Source: Thermodesulfobacteriota bacterium
GTDB lineage: Bacteria > Desulfobacterota_D > UBA1144 > Nemesobacterales > Nemesobacteraceae
Assembly: GCA_965204795.1 (NCBI GenBank)
Contig: OZ242012.1
Coordinates: forward strand, 99,325-163,324
Direction of reading: 5' to 3'
DNA length: 64,000 nt
The position numbers and the translations under genes are program-made. Shown piece after piece: positions 28,992-41,000 of this stretch (position 1 is the stretch's first letter; every line of letters starts with the position of its first letter). A model generated the notes under the pieces. That model ran no database searches. It worked only from the letters and a program-made list of their open reading frames with translations, and had not been told where the DNA came from.

Positions 28992-30278
28992 TTGAAGTTT
29001 CGAAACAGGACGGCGACGGACTTGATCCTGGTCGGATGCGTCAAGAGCAAGATCGAGACCGACGCCACGGTGAGGGCAAAAGACCTCTACGATTCGCCGC
29101 TCTGGAGATGCCGCAGGGAGTACGCGGAACGGTTCGCTCCCTCCTGGTACATACTCAGCGCGAAACACCATCTGTTGCACCCCGAAGAGAAAATCGAGAC
29201 GTACGACTCGACGATGACCGGCAAGAAGCTGTCCGAACGTTCTGATTGGTCGGATGAGGTTTGGGAGGGTCTTGCCGGGAAATTCCCAGACCTGCGGGGA
29301 AAGGTCGTGGAGATACACGCGGGCAAGTCCTATGCGGAGAGCGGTCTGGAAAAGAAATTGCGAGCGGCGGGCGCGATCGTTCACCGCCCCCTCGAGCGGG
29401 CGAGAGACGTCGGTCTTCAGTGCGCGTGGTATCGGGGATGTCTGGCTGCGTCCCGCTCCGGCGCGCGGGAAGACATCGAGCGGACGAGCTTCGCGGCACG
29501 GTCGGCAGAGGCCCTCGCCAGCGACTTTTACGGCGACAGATGGGCAGCAATGCCGGAGGTCCTGTATGCCGGGCTGCTTCGCGGCCGCGGCGCGACGGAA
29601 CGGCAGGCGAGGCTGTTTCTGACTTTCATCTCCGCCATGGACCGCTTCCGGTCCTCCGAGGACCTGTGGGAGAAGGGCTTCGGACTCTTTGTCTCCCATC
29701 CGGAACTTTTCGACCCCGCGCGGATTCCGCGCGTCCGGTCGCTTGGAACGCTTTTGCGTGAAAGCGGGGTCAGCAAACTTCATGAGCAGGACGTGCCCGC
29801 CTGGAGGCGCATCGCGGAAAGCCTGCGCTCCCGGCCGCTCTCCCCCGTGCGGAGGGTGATCGACGGCGGGGTCGGCGACGCCGTGGAACTGCTCGAAGAC
29901 CTGTGCGGCTGGGACAGGGCGGGAAGACCCCTGTTTCCGCTGCTTCGCGGTCCCAAGATCGGGGCGATGTGGGTACGGATGATGGCCTGTCCGGGCGGCG
30001 CGCGAATCGGAAGCCTGGATGTCGTCCCGGTGGCGGTGGACACGCACGTTCGCCGCATTACGGAGTGTCTCCGAGTCACGGATACCCGGCGTCTCTCGAT
30101 GGAAAAAGCCCGGCCCACGATCCAGCGCTTCTGGAAAAAGGCGGTTGACGCGGTCGACATCGGAGGACCGGACGGGATAGCCGGCACGTGCGCGGCTCTC
30201 GACCCGGCCCTGTGGTACTTCGGCAAAAACTGTCTGGCCGACGCTCCGAAAACCAGGCGGCTTTTCGGGATGTGCTGA
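28992..30278 (+). CDS. DUF6884 domain fused to an HhH-GPD-like DNA glycosylase domain
   Basis: N-terminus: ILVGCVKSK, AKDLYDSPLW, WYILSAKHHLL, IETYD, EIHAGKSY. C-terminus: LRGPKIGAMWVR, VAVDTHVRRIT, LDPALWYFGK. Confidence 0.65.
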   Translation: MKFRNRTATDLILVGCVKSKIETDATVRAKDLYDSPLWRCRREYAERFAPSWYILSAKHHLLHPEEKIETYDSTMTGKKLSERSDWSDEVWEGLAGKFPDLRGKVVEIHAGKSYAESGLEKKLRAAGAIVHRPLERARDVGLQCAWYRGCLAASRSGAREDIERTSFAARSAEALASDFYGDRWAAMPEVLYAGLLRGRGATERQARLFLTFISAMDRFRSSEDLWEKGFGLFVSHPELFDPARIPRVRSLGTLLRESGVSKLHEQDVPAWRRIAESLRSRPLSPVRRVIDGGVGDAVELLEDLCGWDRAGRPLFPLLRGPKIGAMWVRMMACPGGARIGSLDVVPVAVDTHVRRITECLRVTDTRRLSMEKARPTIQRFWKKAVDAVDIGGPDGIAGTCAALDPALWYFGKNCLADAPKTRRLFGMC

Positions 30279-30536
30279 GATTGATTTGCCATGTCGACCG
30301 GAAGAACATACGAAGCGGAAAGAACGGAAATGGAAATTCCTGAAAAAGTCTCGATAAGTTTTCCATGGTTAAATGTCGGCTCGCTTCGCCATGTGTATGC
30401 ATTTGCGATAAAAGGCAGTGCGGCGAATTTTCCGTAAATCCGGACATCCCGAGTCTTCCGTAGCGCAGAACCGCTGTTCCGCCCGTATTGCTTGACGGGT
30501 ATAAGTATTATGGAGAAGAGATAGCGGGCGAATTCA

Positions 30537-31352
30537 ATGAACGAACCGAACGAACCGATACGTCAGCATTTCGTTCCCAGAATGCTGTTGCGCAACTTTA
30601 CCGACACAGAAGGGTGGCTTTATTCCTCCGACGAAAACTTGCCGGAAGGAGTCGTTCGAAAATCCAGAGTGAAGAAGTTCTGCGCGGAGAATGACATTTA
30701 CACGGTATACGACGAACATGGAAACAGGGATTTTTCTGAGGAGAAGGCTTTTTCCGACCTTGAGAATACCTGTGCTCCAATAATCAGGAAAATAATAAAA
30801 ACTGCCAGGGCGGGAAAACCGCCCGGGTTGACTTCCCCCGAAAAAAGCGCTTTGAATTTGTTCCTGCTTTGCCAATGCTCGCGCGTGCCGGACTGGAACG
30901 ACCCTATTCTGAACCGTCGCTTTGAGAACACTTTCAGCGAGAATCCCGAAATCTTGGAAATGCCCGAGGAAGAGATTGACAGATTCAAACGAGATGTCAG
31001 GGCGAGAAGCTTGGCTCACTACGTAAAAAATCCGGACAAAAAAATACTGTCGATTCTTGAAAATAAAGGTCTGACGATTGCGGTAGCCGCCACGGGAAAC
31101 GAAAGTTTCGTCATAGGAAGCAATCCCGTCATTGTCGATCGTCCCGGTTACTACATGTTCGGCCGGATCCGCAAGGACTGGCTTCCGATTGCTTACGACA
31201 TAGCCGTAGCGCTGTCTTTCCCCCGCGGAGCTGAAAACCTTATCAGGTTCGGAGACGCAAATATCCGTTCGTTCAACGAAGCCGTTCTCGGTCAGAGCAA
31301 GACGGTCGGCGGAAACTCAAGGGAACTGATCAGGCGCGTGATCGGCCCGTAG
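30537..31352 (+). CDS. DUF4238 family protein
   Basis: QHFVPRMLLRNF, ENDIY, EKAFSDLE, FVIGSNPV, LPI. Confidence 0.8.
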   Translation: MNEPNEPIRQHFVPRMLLRNFTDTEGWLYSSDENLPEGVVRKSRVKKFCAENDIYTVYDEHGNRDFSEEKAFSDLENTCAPIIRKIIKTARAGKPPGLTSPEKSALNLFLLCQCSRVPDWNDPILNRRFENTFSENPEILEMPEEEIDRFKRDVRARSLAHYVKNPDKKILSILENKGLTIAVAATGNESFVIGSNPVIVDRPGYYMFGRIRKDWLPIAYDIAVALSFPRGAENLIRFGDANIRSFNEAVLGQSKTVGGNSRELIRRVIGP

Positions 31353-31391
31353 AAAAACGGAGCGGTCCCCGAGATTGGGCTTCGGGCTTGC

Positions 31392-34300
31392 TCATCGGGA
31401 CAACGCCTTCAGGGCCGCGCAAGCTCTTCCGCAGGAAATCCACAGCTCGGGAACGATGTGACAGAGATACTCCAGTTGCGCAAGAAGCGGTTTCGCTTCG
31501 TCTTCCTTCGCCTTGAACGCCAGTTCCGTCATCCAGTCCCCGACAAATTCCGTCCACCCGTCCAGGTCGGCGCGGCTCGCGGCGGCCATTAGGCAGACCG
31601 CCGTTTCCTCTCCGGACGACAAGTCGTATAGGTCGCCGTTTCTGTAACCGCGCACGACGATTCGCAGTTCGTCCGCGAGAGCGCGGTTCCTGGTTGCGGC
31701 CGAAACCGTGGCCAACCTGCTCAGTATTTCCAATAGCCGCATTTTGTTTTCCACGTCCGCGAGGCGGTGGCCTCCGCGCATCAAGGTTTTCGTCGCCGTT
31801 TCCACCTGCTCCGAACCAATTCGAAAAAACCTCGCCGAATTCACAAGCGCGGTAAACGACTGTGGACGTACTTCGTCCCCTCCTAGCTGGTCGTTGATGG
31901 CCTCGGATATCTTTACGGGCAAATCCTGCAGACGATCTTCGGTTCCGTCCAGCGGGCTCAGCGAATACTGGGCGAAAGGATGTTCGGACGATATGCTCCC
32001 CGACTCCGCGCCTAGAACCAGGTCGAACAGTTCCCCGTCCTTTATGTTCCGCCGGTATTTCGTCGCCGCGCCGCCGATACGGCCGAGAAAATTCTCCCTG
32101 ATTTGATGGCCTTCCCATGAACCCGGCAGCCATAAAGGTTCCAGGCGCATGTCGACAAGCGATTGCAGAGAATGGATCAATCCGCAAGTCGCGACCGCAT
32201 AGTCGTGAAGTCTGTCGACGTCGATGTTCGAGCCTGCCAGCTGGCGGTGGATAAGCGCGGCCTGCGACAAAGCCGCCAGTTTTCTGTAGAAGGGCGGTTC
32301 CGAGGAAAACAGGCGGGTTCTCGACAATTCTCCGTCCGCGAGGAGAAACAGCGTCAAGAAGAGCTTGCAGCCTCCCGTTTTTCCGTCGGCTTCGTCGCCG
32401 CGGATTTCCTTTATCAGGCGAACAAGGCGGGGTTCGATGCTAGGCATCGAGGGGAGAACTCGAAAGCCCACCTCGACCGCTCCCAGTTGAGAGACCTTAT
32501 CTCCCCGTTTTTCCAGAAAGTCGCATGCGCGGACAAGGTCGTCTTCGTCCAAATCGTCGACCGGTATCTCGGCCGTCATCGCGGGGTGCGACGAGAGAAG
32601 AAGGCCTGCCAGGAAACCGTCGTACGGTTCCCGCCTGGACAATTCCCGAAGAAACGCTCCGCCGCCCCGGGCGGCGTAATCTCTTACGGTCGCGCTCCCG
32701 TCGTATCCTCCCACCAGCCTGTCGAAATATCTCCGCGAGGAAGGAACGATAGAAGACAGGGGAAACTGCTCGTCTCTGATCTTGCCGCGTATCGTTCGCG
32801 CCGTGTATGTCGGCGTATCGAGAAAGTCTTCGTCGAACTCTTCAAGCTCGCCGTATTCCAGAGGGCGCTTTTCAAGGATTTTGCGCCACGCGTTGCCGGC
32901 ATCATCCGGCAAGCCGAATTCGGAAGAAGATTCCTTGAGAAGACGCAGCCGTGTCTGCTTGTCGGGAGAGAGGCAAAGAAAGCCGGACGAAACGGAAAAT
33001 CGCGTATCGCCCTGGGAAAGCGAAAGATTCGGCAACCGGTTTTCCTCGCTTAATTTTTCCAGCTTCCACTTGCCGCCTTCCATGTCGGTTACTTCTTCCG
33101 TCGAAGTTTCCGAAAGAACGCTTCGGACCGCGCGGAAAAGACCGGGACACTGAAACGAAACGGCGGGATTTTCAAAGCAAACAAGGTCAAGTTCGTACTC
33201 TTTGCGAAAAGCCGGTTCGTTGAGCAGCGTTTCCCTCAGTAGCGTCGGCACGGAGTTTTTCAGCACACTGATCACCGCTTCGGCCCTCGTCGTCGGCAGG
33301 CCCGCTTCCAGGTTCAAGTACATTTCCGTCCGCCGCGCGGTTTCTTTCTTGCAGAGTCCGGCAATCCAAGAGTAAGAATCGGGAGACTCTTCTTTCAGGG
33401 GACGCAGAACCCTGTCTTCAAGCCATTTCCAGTATTCCTCGGCGACCTGCCGGGATGTTCCCGGTCTGGACAGCAGGATCTCCATGACGTGTCTTCCGAA
33501 TTCCTTTTCATCGGCGCAGCTTTCGTTTTTGAGGCCCAGCATGTGGATCAAGGCGCGGAAATTAATCTGGGCGGCAATCCAGTCGGAGCGAGCCCGCGCC
33601 TCGCCGAAGTCCGCGTTCTCGGTCCAGAGGTTGTACAGCGTCCGAGAGAAAGCCGTAAGGGATTTCTCCAGCCAGAACCATTCTTCCGGGAGCTGCCGCC
33701 AGTTGTTCATCTGGGCGCAAAGGATGTTTTCCCCGACGGCTCTGAGCGAGCATGTCTCTTCGACCTTGCCGTTCTGAACGGCGACGGCGCCGAGATGATA
33801 TTGCAGTTCAGGGGGAACCACGGGAACGAAAAAATATCCCGCGCGGCGAAGCCGGGTTCTGAGTTTCCTCCACCTCTTCTGCTGCGAAGAGACCAGCTTA
33901 TTCAGAATGTCCAAAGTCGAGAATACGGCAAGCCGGTCGCCGTCGATATTTGTTATGGCGGGATTCTGGTTGACCCACCTGTCGTCCACTATAATCATGT
34001 CGCAGTCGCCCGGCAGGGCGAACGTGTCGTCGATCGTGTGTAGGGTCAGCCGCCGGTCGGCCGTTTTTTCCGTATCGTTTTGTCTGGCCACTTTTATTCC
34101 CCCCGACTTTATTCGGGAGCTGAGCGAGGCGCGGATGCGCTCTATGGCGCGGTCGACCTCGTCGGAGATGTTTCGACAATACTCTGAAGCCTCGGTTTCG
34201 GTCGCCGTCTCGGGCGGAACGATGGGTCTGAATCTCGTCCTGCGTTTTTCCTCGAAAAGCCACGCGAGCATCGAATGCGGAATATAAACCTTGTTGAAGG

Positions 34301-35072
34301 CGTCAAGAGTCTCGTCGAGCAGGCCGAGAAAGTTCAGGGTGATTAACGCCGTCGCGTCGATTCCGACCGTGGCGTCCGCGTCAAAATAGGTCGCCAGTTT
34401 CTTGCCGCTGTACGCGGGAATCGGGCGTCTTCTCCGCGGGTCTTTCTCCGACGGATTCATCAAGGCCGGTAGCACCATGAAATCAAACAGGGAACCGTTG
34501 AGGGATTCGGCCGCCATCGACATGGGAATCTCTCCGCGCATCAGTTTCGGCCGTATGTCGGAACCCGGCTGTTCCAACTCCGGCTTTTCGTTCAGAATCC
34601 TTTCGACCGGCACCCGCCTGACCGGACCGTCTTCGCCGGAAAGCGCAAGGGCTTTCTCGAGCCATTGCCGAGCTCTCGCGTCGTCGTTCCATCCGGCTCT
34701 TGAAGCCAGCAGGTGTGCACCTGCCAGCACTTGGGCATCCGCATCGTCTTTTTCCGCCGCCGCGACCGTGAGGGCTTTCGCACACGGCAGATTCAGACAC
34801 ACGGCGATCTCCGCGTATCCGAGCAATTCCACGGCGCTTCTGCTGTTCTTCCTTGAGAATTCTTCGGCGACGATGGAGGAAAGTTCATTCCAGTCTCCCA
34901 GAGAAATCGCGACCTGCGTACGCAGTCTGCGGTAACCTTCGTCGTCTCTGTCGCAACCCGGCTCTTTCAGTTCTGCCCGGGCTTCAAGCAGCGACCCTTC
35001 GCGGTACAAAGCCAAACAGCGAAGCAGTTGCGGGTCGCTGGATTGTTGCGGCGAATCGGAATTTTCTTCCAT
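31392..35072 (-). CDS. 1226-aa paralog of the 2008-aa protein, lacking the HNH N-terminus
   Basis: Shared blocks ALYR.G.LLEAR, SLGDWN, IPAYSG, GIDATALITL, SQLGAVEVG, SSEPPFYR.LAALSQAALIHRQ, TRNRALADELRI; starts 16 nt after the Avs3a-like stop. Confidence 0.8.
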   Translation of the reverse strand: MEENSDSPQQSSDPQLLRCLALYREGSLLEARAELKEPGCDRDDEGYRRLRTQVAISLGDWNELSSIVAEEFSRKNSRSAVELLGYAEIAVCLNLPCAKALTVAAAEKDDADAQVLAGAHLLASRAGWNDDARARQWLEKALALSGEDGPVRRVPVERILNEKPELEQPGSDIRPKLMRGEIPMSMAAESLNGSLFDFMVLPALMNPSEKDPRRRRPIPAYSGKKLATYFDADATVGIDATALITLNFLGLLDETLDAFNKVYIPHSMLAWLFEEKRRTRFRPIVPPETATETEASEYCRNISDEVDRAIERIRASLSSRIKSGGIKVARQNDTEKTADRRLTLHTIDDTFALPGDCDMIIVDDRWVNQNPAITNIDGDRLAVFSTLDILNKLVSSQQKRWRKLRTRLRRAGYFFVPVVPPELQYHLGAVAVQNGKVEETCSLRAVGENILCAQMNNWRQLPEEWFWLEKSLTAFSRTLYNLWTENADFGEARARSDWIAAQINFRALIHMLGLKNESCADEKEFGRHVMEILLSRPGTSRQVAEEYWKWLEDRVLRPLKEESPDSYSWIAGLCKKETARRTEMYLNLEAGLPTTRAEAVISVLKNSVPTLLRETLLNEPAFRKEYELDLVCFENPAVSFQCPGLFRAVRSVLSETSTEEVTDMEGGKWKLEKLSEENRLPNLSLSQGDTRFSVSSGFLCLSPDKQTRLRLLKESSSEFGLPDDAGNAWRKILEKRPLEYGELEEFDEDFLDTPTYTARTIRGKIRDEQFPLSSIVPSSRRYFDRLVGGYDGSATVRDYAARGGGAFLRELSRREPYDGFLAGLLLSSHPAMTAEIPVDDLDEDDLVRACDFLEKRGDKVSQLGAVEVGFRVLPSMPSIEPRLVRLIKEIRGDEADGKTGGCKLFLTLFLLADGELSRTRLFSSEPPFYRKLAALSQAALIHRQLAGSNIDVDRLHDYAVATCGLIHSLQSLVDMRLEPLWLPGSWEGHQIRENFLGRIGGAATKYRRNIKDGELFDLVLGAESGSISSEHPFAQYSLSPLDGTEDRLQDLPVKISEAINDQLGGDEVRPQSFTALVNSARFFRIGSEQVETATKTLMRGGHRLADVENKMRLLEILSRLATVSAATRNRALADELRIVVRGYRNGDLYDLSSGEETAVCLMAAASRADLDGWTEFVGDWMTELAFKAKEDEAKPLLAQLEYLCHIVPELWISCGRACAALKALSR

Positions 35073-35088
35073 GGTTTCAACGAATCGT

Positions 35089-38000
35089 TCAGTCTCGCGG
35101 GACTTCTTCAGGATGGTTCCTCGACCGCTGCGCGTCTTGCGGCATCACTTCTACCTCGAGAGTCCGCTTTATGCGGACTACCGCGGTCTTGTCCGGATGT
35201 GAGTCGAGTTCGCGTCCGTACACCTTTTCATGTCGCCTAATCTTGATCAGCAGGAGCAGGTCCGTCCCGTTTCCGGACAGCAGGTCCTCGAGAAGAGGCT
35301 TGGAGCACATGAGTATCGTCCCCCCGCGCGGTTCTTCGTAGTCTCCCTTGATTTCATGTCCCCAGGCGACGCTACGCGCCGTAACCCGCCCGTTTTGCCA
35401 GAGGCGTCCGAAAGGATCTTTGCGTTCCAGCGACATCGCCGGGAGGAATTTCTGGGCAATTCGCAGTCTTCTTGTCGCAGCGACCGAACCTAGGGGGTCG
35501 TCCTTGTCGAGTCTCGCCTCGCCGCCGGGCCACACGATCCAGGGTTCGCAGTCGTCTTTGTCGCTCCCCTTGTATTCCCCGTCGTATTCGTTTGAACAGT
35601 AGTTGGGAAGCCAGGCCAGTTCTCGGTCTTCCTGGTAAAGCTGCGTTGCGATCTTGCGGACATTCTCCGGTTTCACCAGCGCCGATTCGACGTGGACGCT
35701 CACCCGGTCCCCCGAATCCCACTCACCCGCGACCACCGTTTCTCCCAGGACTCCGGACTCTATGTTCAGGAGCTTGAGTATTTTCGATTCGTCTTCGGTA
35801 AGAATCAGAACACCCGCGTCGTTTCTTTCGAGAAGCATGGGCAAGGCGTTCAGGGGAGCTCTGTCAATCCCGTCGGACAACCACAGCCCGTCTTCCCTGG
35901 TAAGCAGGAAGGCGCGAAGCCACGCGTTCCAGGGGTCGTCGTAGAGACTGCAGTCGTCCGTAACGGGGTATTTCCCGAGAAGCCGCCCCGCGGCCATGAA
36001 CCGCGCGTGCCAGACTAGATGCCATCCGTAAGTCTGGAAAGGCGAGCGCGTCGGTCCGCCGGCTGCGGGCGATGTAGACAGACCGGATACTTTCGCGAAA
36101 TCCCGCATGCTCTTTATGCTTGGGTCGGCGGACCGCACGGTTTCGGACATTGTTTTCCTGACCTCCCGTCCCGGTTTCCCAAACACTCTGCCCAGAGATT
36201 CAACGTCGTGACGGTAGAAATGACTGCCCAGAAAAAACTCGGGATCCGACTCGGGAAGCGATTTCGACTGCCTTCGCATTATTTTCTTTCTCAATCGCGG
36301 AAACGGCGACTTGTTGACATGAGACAAGGATTCCTTGACGCCGTCCGATAGATCGACCTCTTTCGCTTTTACGCATGCCCGAATCGCTTCCGCCGCGAAA
36401 TGCGCTGTCAGCACGTGCGGAGCTTCCTCGTCAAGAGCGGTTTTCAGCAGGACGTCCCGGTATCTGGCCGCGGCCTTCGGTTCGTCCAGAGCTATTCTGG
36501 CCAGGGCGATGAGAAGCCACAGCTTCGCGTGCATGAAGTAAAACGGCCGTTCGGCCGCCTGAAAGGCCCCGGCGTCCCTCCGGTCTATCTTGTCCACCAG
36601 CGCGTCCAGAACTTCCCATCTTTCGAGTCTGGCGAAACACCTTGCGCTGTGCGCGGCTCTCCATCTGTCTTCGGGGTCGGGAGAGCCGAGCTTTCTCCAT
36701 ACCATCCCGGAGAAAATATCGGGATTCTCGTTCGGATACAGACCTTCTCGCCATTCTCCGTCGGACGCTTTGTACGAGAGCTTCGCCGCGGGACCGTTCA
36801 GCAGGCGGACCAGAGCCTTTCGGCTTTCTTTTTTCCGCGCTTTCACGCTGAGCAGTTCCGCGAGACTGACCCAGACCTCTCTGGTGGTACTTGCTTTTCT
36901 TCCGGCGAACTTTTTAACGAGCTCAAGCGCCAGCTTGTGAATCGGAACGCGTGAAATTTCCGAAATTCTTTTTAGGTAATGTCCCGAAAGTTGGCCATCT
37001 CTCGTCAGGTCGTCCGCGTGGCGAAGCGTCGTCGGTATTCCCAGTTTTTTGTACTCGTCCGCGATAGATGCGGATGAGTCCTTCCATGAATCTCCGCATT
37101 TTTCCAGTTCTTCCAGTTTCCTGTAAAAATCCAGAGTTTCGTGTTCCGCCAGCATGCGCAAGTAATCCGTTCGTTTATGGTAAGGAACTTTTTCGCGGAT
37201 TTTTTCGAAGAATTCTTCATACGGGTAATGGTGAAAACTGTTGATCTGTACGAAATCGTCAATTGCTTTCTCAAGCGATTCCGTGTCGGCGGAATCGGCG
37301 CCCGCGACGATTTCGGCGACTTCTTGTTTTTTCCGTCGTTGCGTCTCGAGATACCGTTCGGACACGCCTTCGTCTTTTTCGCCGCGGTAGTTTCTGTACT
37401 CTTTTCGAACACGGAAAACTTGTTCGAAGTGTCTGCGAGACCGCGCAATGTAATCGGCCGTTTCCGATTCTTTCCCGAGAACGTTTTCAACGACGGATGC
37501 GAGTTCGTCCGTGAGGCCGAACATCAGGGTGCCCTGGCGGTTTTCCTCAAACTGCCTGACGACTTCCGAAACAAGCTCTTCAGAGTTTTCATGGTGACTT
37601 TTCCTGATTGCGGTTGCCAGTGTTTCCGTGTTGCAGCCTTGAGAGAATTCCTCCGGGTAGGAAAGACGGTTCAGCGCCAGTGCGTCTTCCGGTTCGATTT
37701 TGCCGTGGCGGATCAGCGCCGTCAGATATGGCTGCAATGCGAAGCTTAAGGGTGCTTTCGAACGGTCGTTCCACCGGAACAGTTTTGCAAGTCCCCTGCA
37801 CCCGGCAACCCGCGACAGCCCTTGCCCGAAAGAGGACCAGAAGAATTTCTCCGGTTCGTCCGGGATATTGAGCTCGCAGATGTTGGTCAGGTTGTGAAAG
37901 TGCTTTTCGTTGATTTCCCCGCCCTTTAGCGAAGCTGCGAAAAGAAGCAGCTCGTTTACAAAGTAGTCCCCGTCCGACCCGACGGCGTCCATTTCCTCTA

Positions 38001-41000
38001 GACCTCTTCGAAAATATGTCGCCGCTTCTTCCGAACTGGCCGGCAGGATGGCCCTCGCGAGCTCGGCGTAGAAGTACGCTCTGTTCCGAACATCGTCCTC
38101 GCGTTCGATCAGGGGACGTGCCTTGACGGCTTCCGCCCCGGCGAGCTTCCGCGTGGACCGGCGCTTCGCCAGTATGCCCGCGGCTTCGATTGCCGCTGCC
38201 GCTTTGACGGGCTCCCGCTCGTGCAGGCGCTTGGTGTACGCCTCGGCCGAGGCGTCGCCGAGGTCGCCGCGCGTCCACAAGGCGAAGGTCGAGACCTTAC
38301 GGCCCAGTATTTGAAAAAAAAGACTGAACTCCTCCGTTCCGTGGCGGTTTACGGTCTTTTCCGAGTCCGCCCAGGCGGTCAGAAGTTCCGTGAAAGGATT
38401 GTCGGCTTTTCCTTCCGGCGCGGCGAGCAGTCTGGAAAGAGCCTTGACCAGAGACAGCAGGGGATTGAGCCTGTCGCTTAGAAACTGCCTCGCCTCCCGG
38501 GTTTTTTCGCGGCTAGAACCGCTTGTTTTGCTTTCGAGTTTTTTTCTGAACTCCGCATCCCCAACGTCGTCTTCCATGTCTCCGCAGAGGGACATCAGGT
38601 CCTCGGGCATGACATCTTTCTCCCGGATTTCCTTTCCCTCGGCCGCGGCGGTCAGGGCGACCCGAAACAAAAACAGGACGATGTCGAGCAGGACGATGTT
38701 TGAGGTGAAGCTGGAATGACTTTCCCTGAAGAAAGCCCACATGCCGGGACGGGTGTTTGACATGAGGCGCAGCATGGACAGAGATTCCCGGCGGGACCCC
38801 AGGGAAAGAGCGATGCCGCAAGCCTTGCACAATCCTTCCGCGAAATTGTATCGGCGCTTTCCTTGCCAACTTTCGTCTGTATTGAATTCCAGTTCGTCGA
38901 GGCTGTCGCAGGCTTCGGCGAGTTCGCCGACCAGTTTTTCTCGACTTGCTCTGTCTGTTTCCACAAACGACAACGCTGCCGTCAGTCCGGCGATGTCTCC
39001 TTTCATCTGATCGGGAAGGTCGGTCGCGGCTTCCGGCAATCCCGCCTGACTTGAGAAAGCTAGGACATGTTCCCAGACTTCGTAGGAATACCAGTCTTTC
39101 CATCTGTTCATGAACCTGACGGCGTTTTGCAAGTCTCCTTCCGCAGCCCATACGAAAGGAATCGCGGCGACATCCAGATGCTTCGGTTCGTCTCTTCCTG
39201 GTCTGACGGGACGTTCTTCTTCCGGTTGCCGGTACCAGTGATTGATCCAGTCTTCCGCATTCTCCGCGTGTCTGCGGGCCTCATTTAAGTCGCCGTGCAG
39301 GGCGTTTGCTATCGTAAGCCTCGCGTCGCGGGTCCCCTGCCATTTGTTCGGGCCGACCTCAAAGAGTTTTCTGGCCGCGTCGACATCCTTCGCCGCTGTT
39401 ACGAGGTCCGGATGATCGAGAATATACTCCGTTCCGTGCCGGTCTGCGGATGTTATAGTCGCAGTTTCCATCAGAAGCCGGACGAGCCGGTCGTAATTCT
39501 TCCGGTCCGCCGCGTAACGCAGGGCGGCCTTGAGCCTTGAGAGACGTATGTTGACCTTGCCGACCGTGCCTGTTTCGGCTTCCGGGAATTTTTTTTCGTT
39601 GAGAGCCAGGTCGAACAGTTGATCCCCGTCGCCTATCCTGTAAAGCAGTTCGGGAAGAGCCCTCGCCGCGTATACGGATTGTCCTTGGTGATTCAGAAGA
39701 TTCTCCGCGATCCGTTTCAAAGATTCTTTGGACGACCCGTATTCTTCGCGTATCAGGGTTTCGGTCGGTTCGTCCCTGAACGTCAATCCCTGTTCGGTAA
39801 TTTCCAGCAACGGATACATGTCCGACGCAAAGCTTTTAACCGCTTCCTCTTCGATTCCTTGGGACTTGGCGTACTCTTCGGCAGGTACGGGCAGTGGCAA
39901 AACTACCAGTCCCGCCAGAAAAGAATCCGTATCGTTCCGCTCGTACCCTTGGGCGAAGGCATTGGAAAGAGCGGCGTCTATACGCGACTGGATCAGCTGA
40001 TCAAGCTTTATTTCTTCGTCAACTTTCGACGGATCGAGAAGATCTCTATCGCTTTCGACAAGATATTCCAGGATCCTCGGGTTTCCCCTGGACCTTGCTT
40101 GCGCGACTCGTATTTTGACGTCGCTCGCGTTCGACAGGCGCGTCCGGAGATATTCCTTCGTTTCCTCGCGACTGAACGCGTACAGTTCGAATTTTTCGTA
40201 CAGGGCGGAGTCTCCGGGAATGCGGTGAAAGCGGCTCGACGCCACAATCTTCACTCCGTCCGGCGGGTCGTGCCTGAAGCTTTCCAGAAGAAGCGTCGGG
40301 AAACAGTCTTCGCCCCTGTCTTGGGCGCCCACCTCGGCGTTGTCTATCGCGTCGAGAAACAGAAGAAGTTTTCTTTCCGGCGACGCCTTGGCGAGCGTCC
40401 CGACGCTTTGTTCGAGCCTGCGGCGGAAAGTCCTCAAAAGCGACGGGACATCATGACTTCCCGGAAGCACGGGGTCGCAAAGACCTCTGTACGCGAGCGT
40501 GTTGGCTATATGAATGAGCCCCATTTCCGGAAGATGTCGGGAGTCTTCGGACAAGCGGTACGCTCCTCCGGCGAAGCAGTCGAAGAACACCGCTTCGTGG
40601 CCGTCTTTCAGTTTTTCCTCAAGACTGCGCATGAACACGGTCTTGCCCATTCCTCCCGCCGCGTGAACCAGCAAGGGCCTGGCCAGACCCGGAACCAGAG
40701 CGACGGCCTCCGCAAGCTGCTCGCGCTCGACGATTTGTCCGACCTCCGGCAGCTTGGAAGAGCATGGCAGAAGGTCTTCCTCTCTCTCTATTTCCAAGGC
40801 GGCGAGAACGTCCACGCGCGTTATGACGTTTCTGCCTTCTCCCTTGGTTCCCGCCTTGTCTCGGACCATCTTTCTCATTTCGCCGAGGCGGGCGGAAGCC
40901 ACGGCGTCTCGGGTCGCGGACCAGTCCGCCAGGATGTTCGAGAGGTCTTTCTTTATGTCCCTGAGATTTCCCGCAAGACCCGCGATATCGCACTTGCCGG

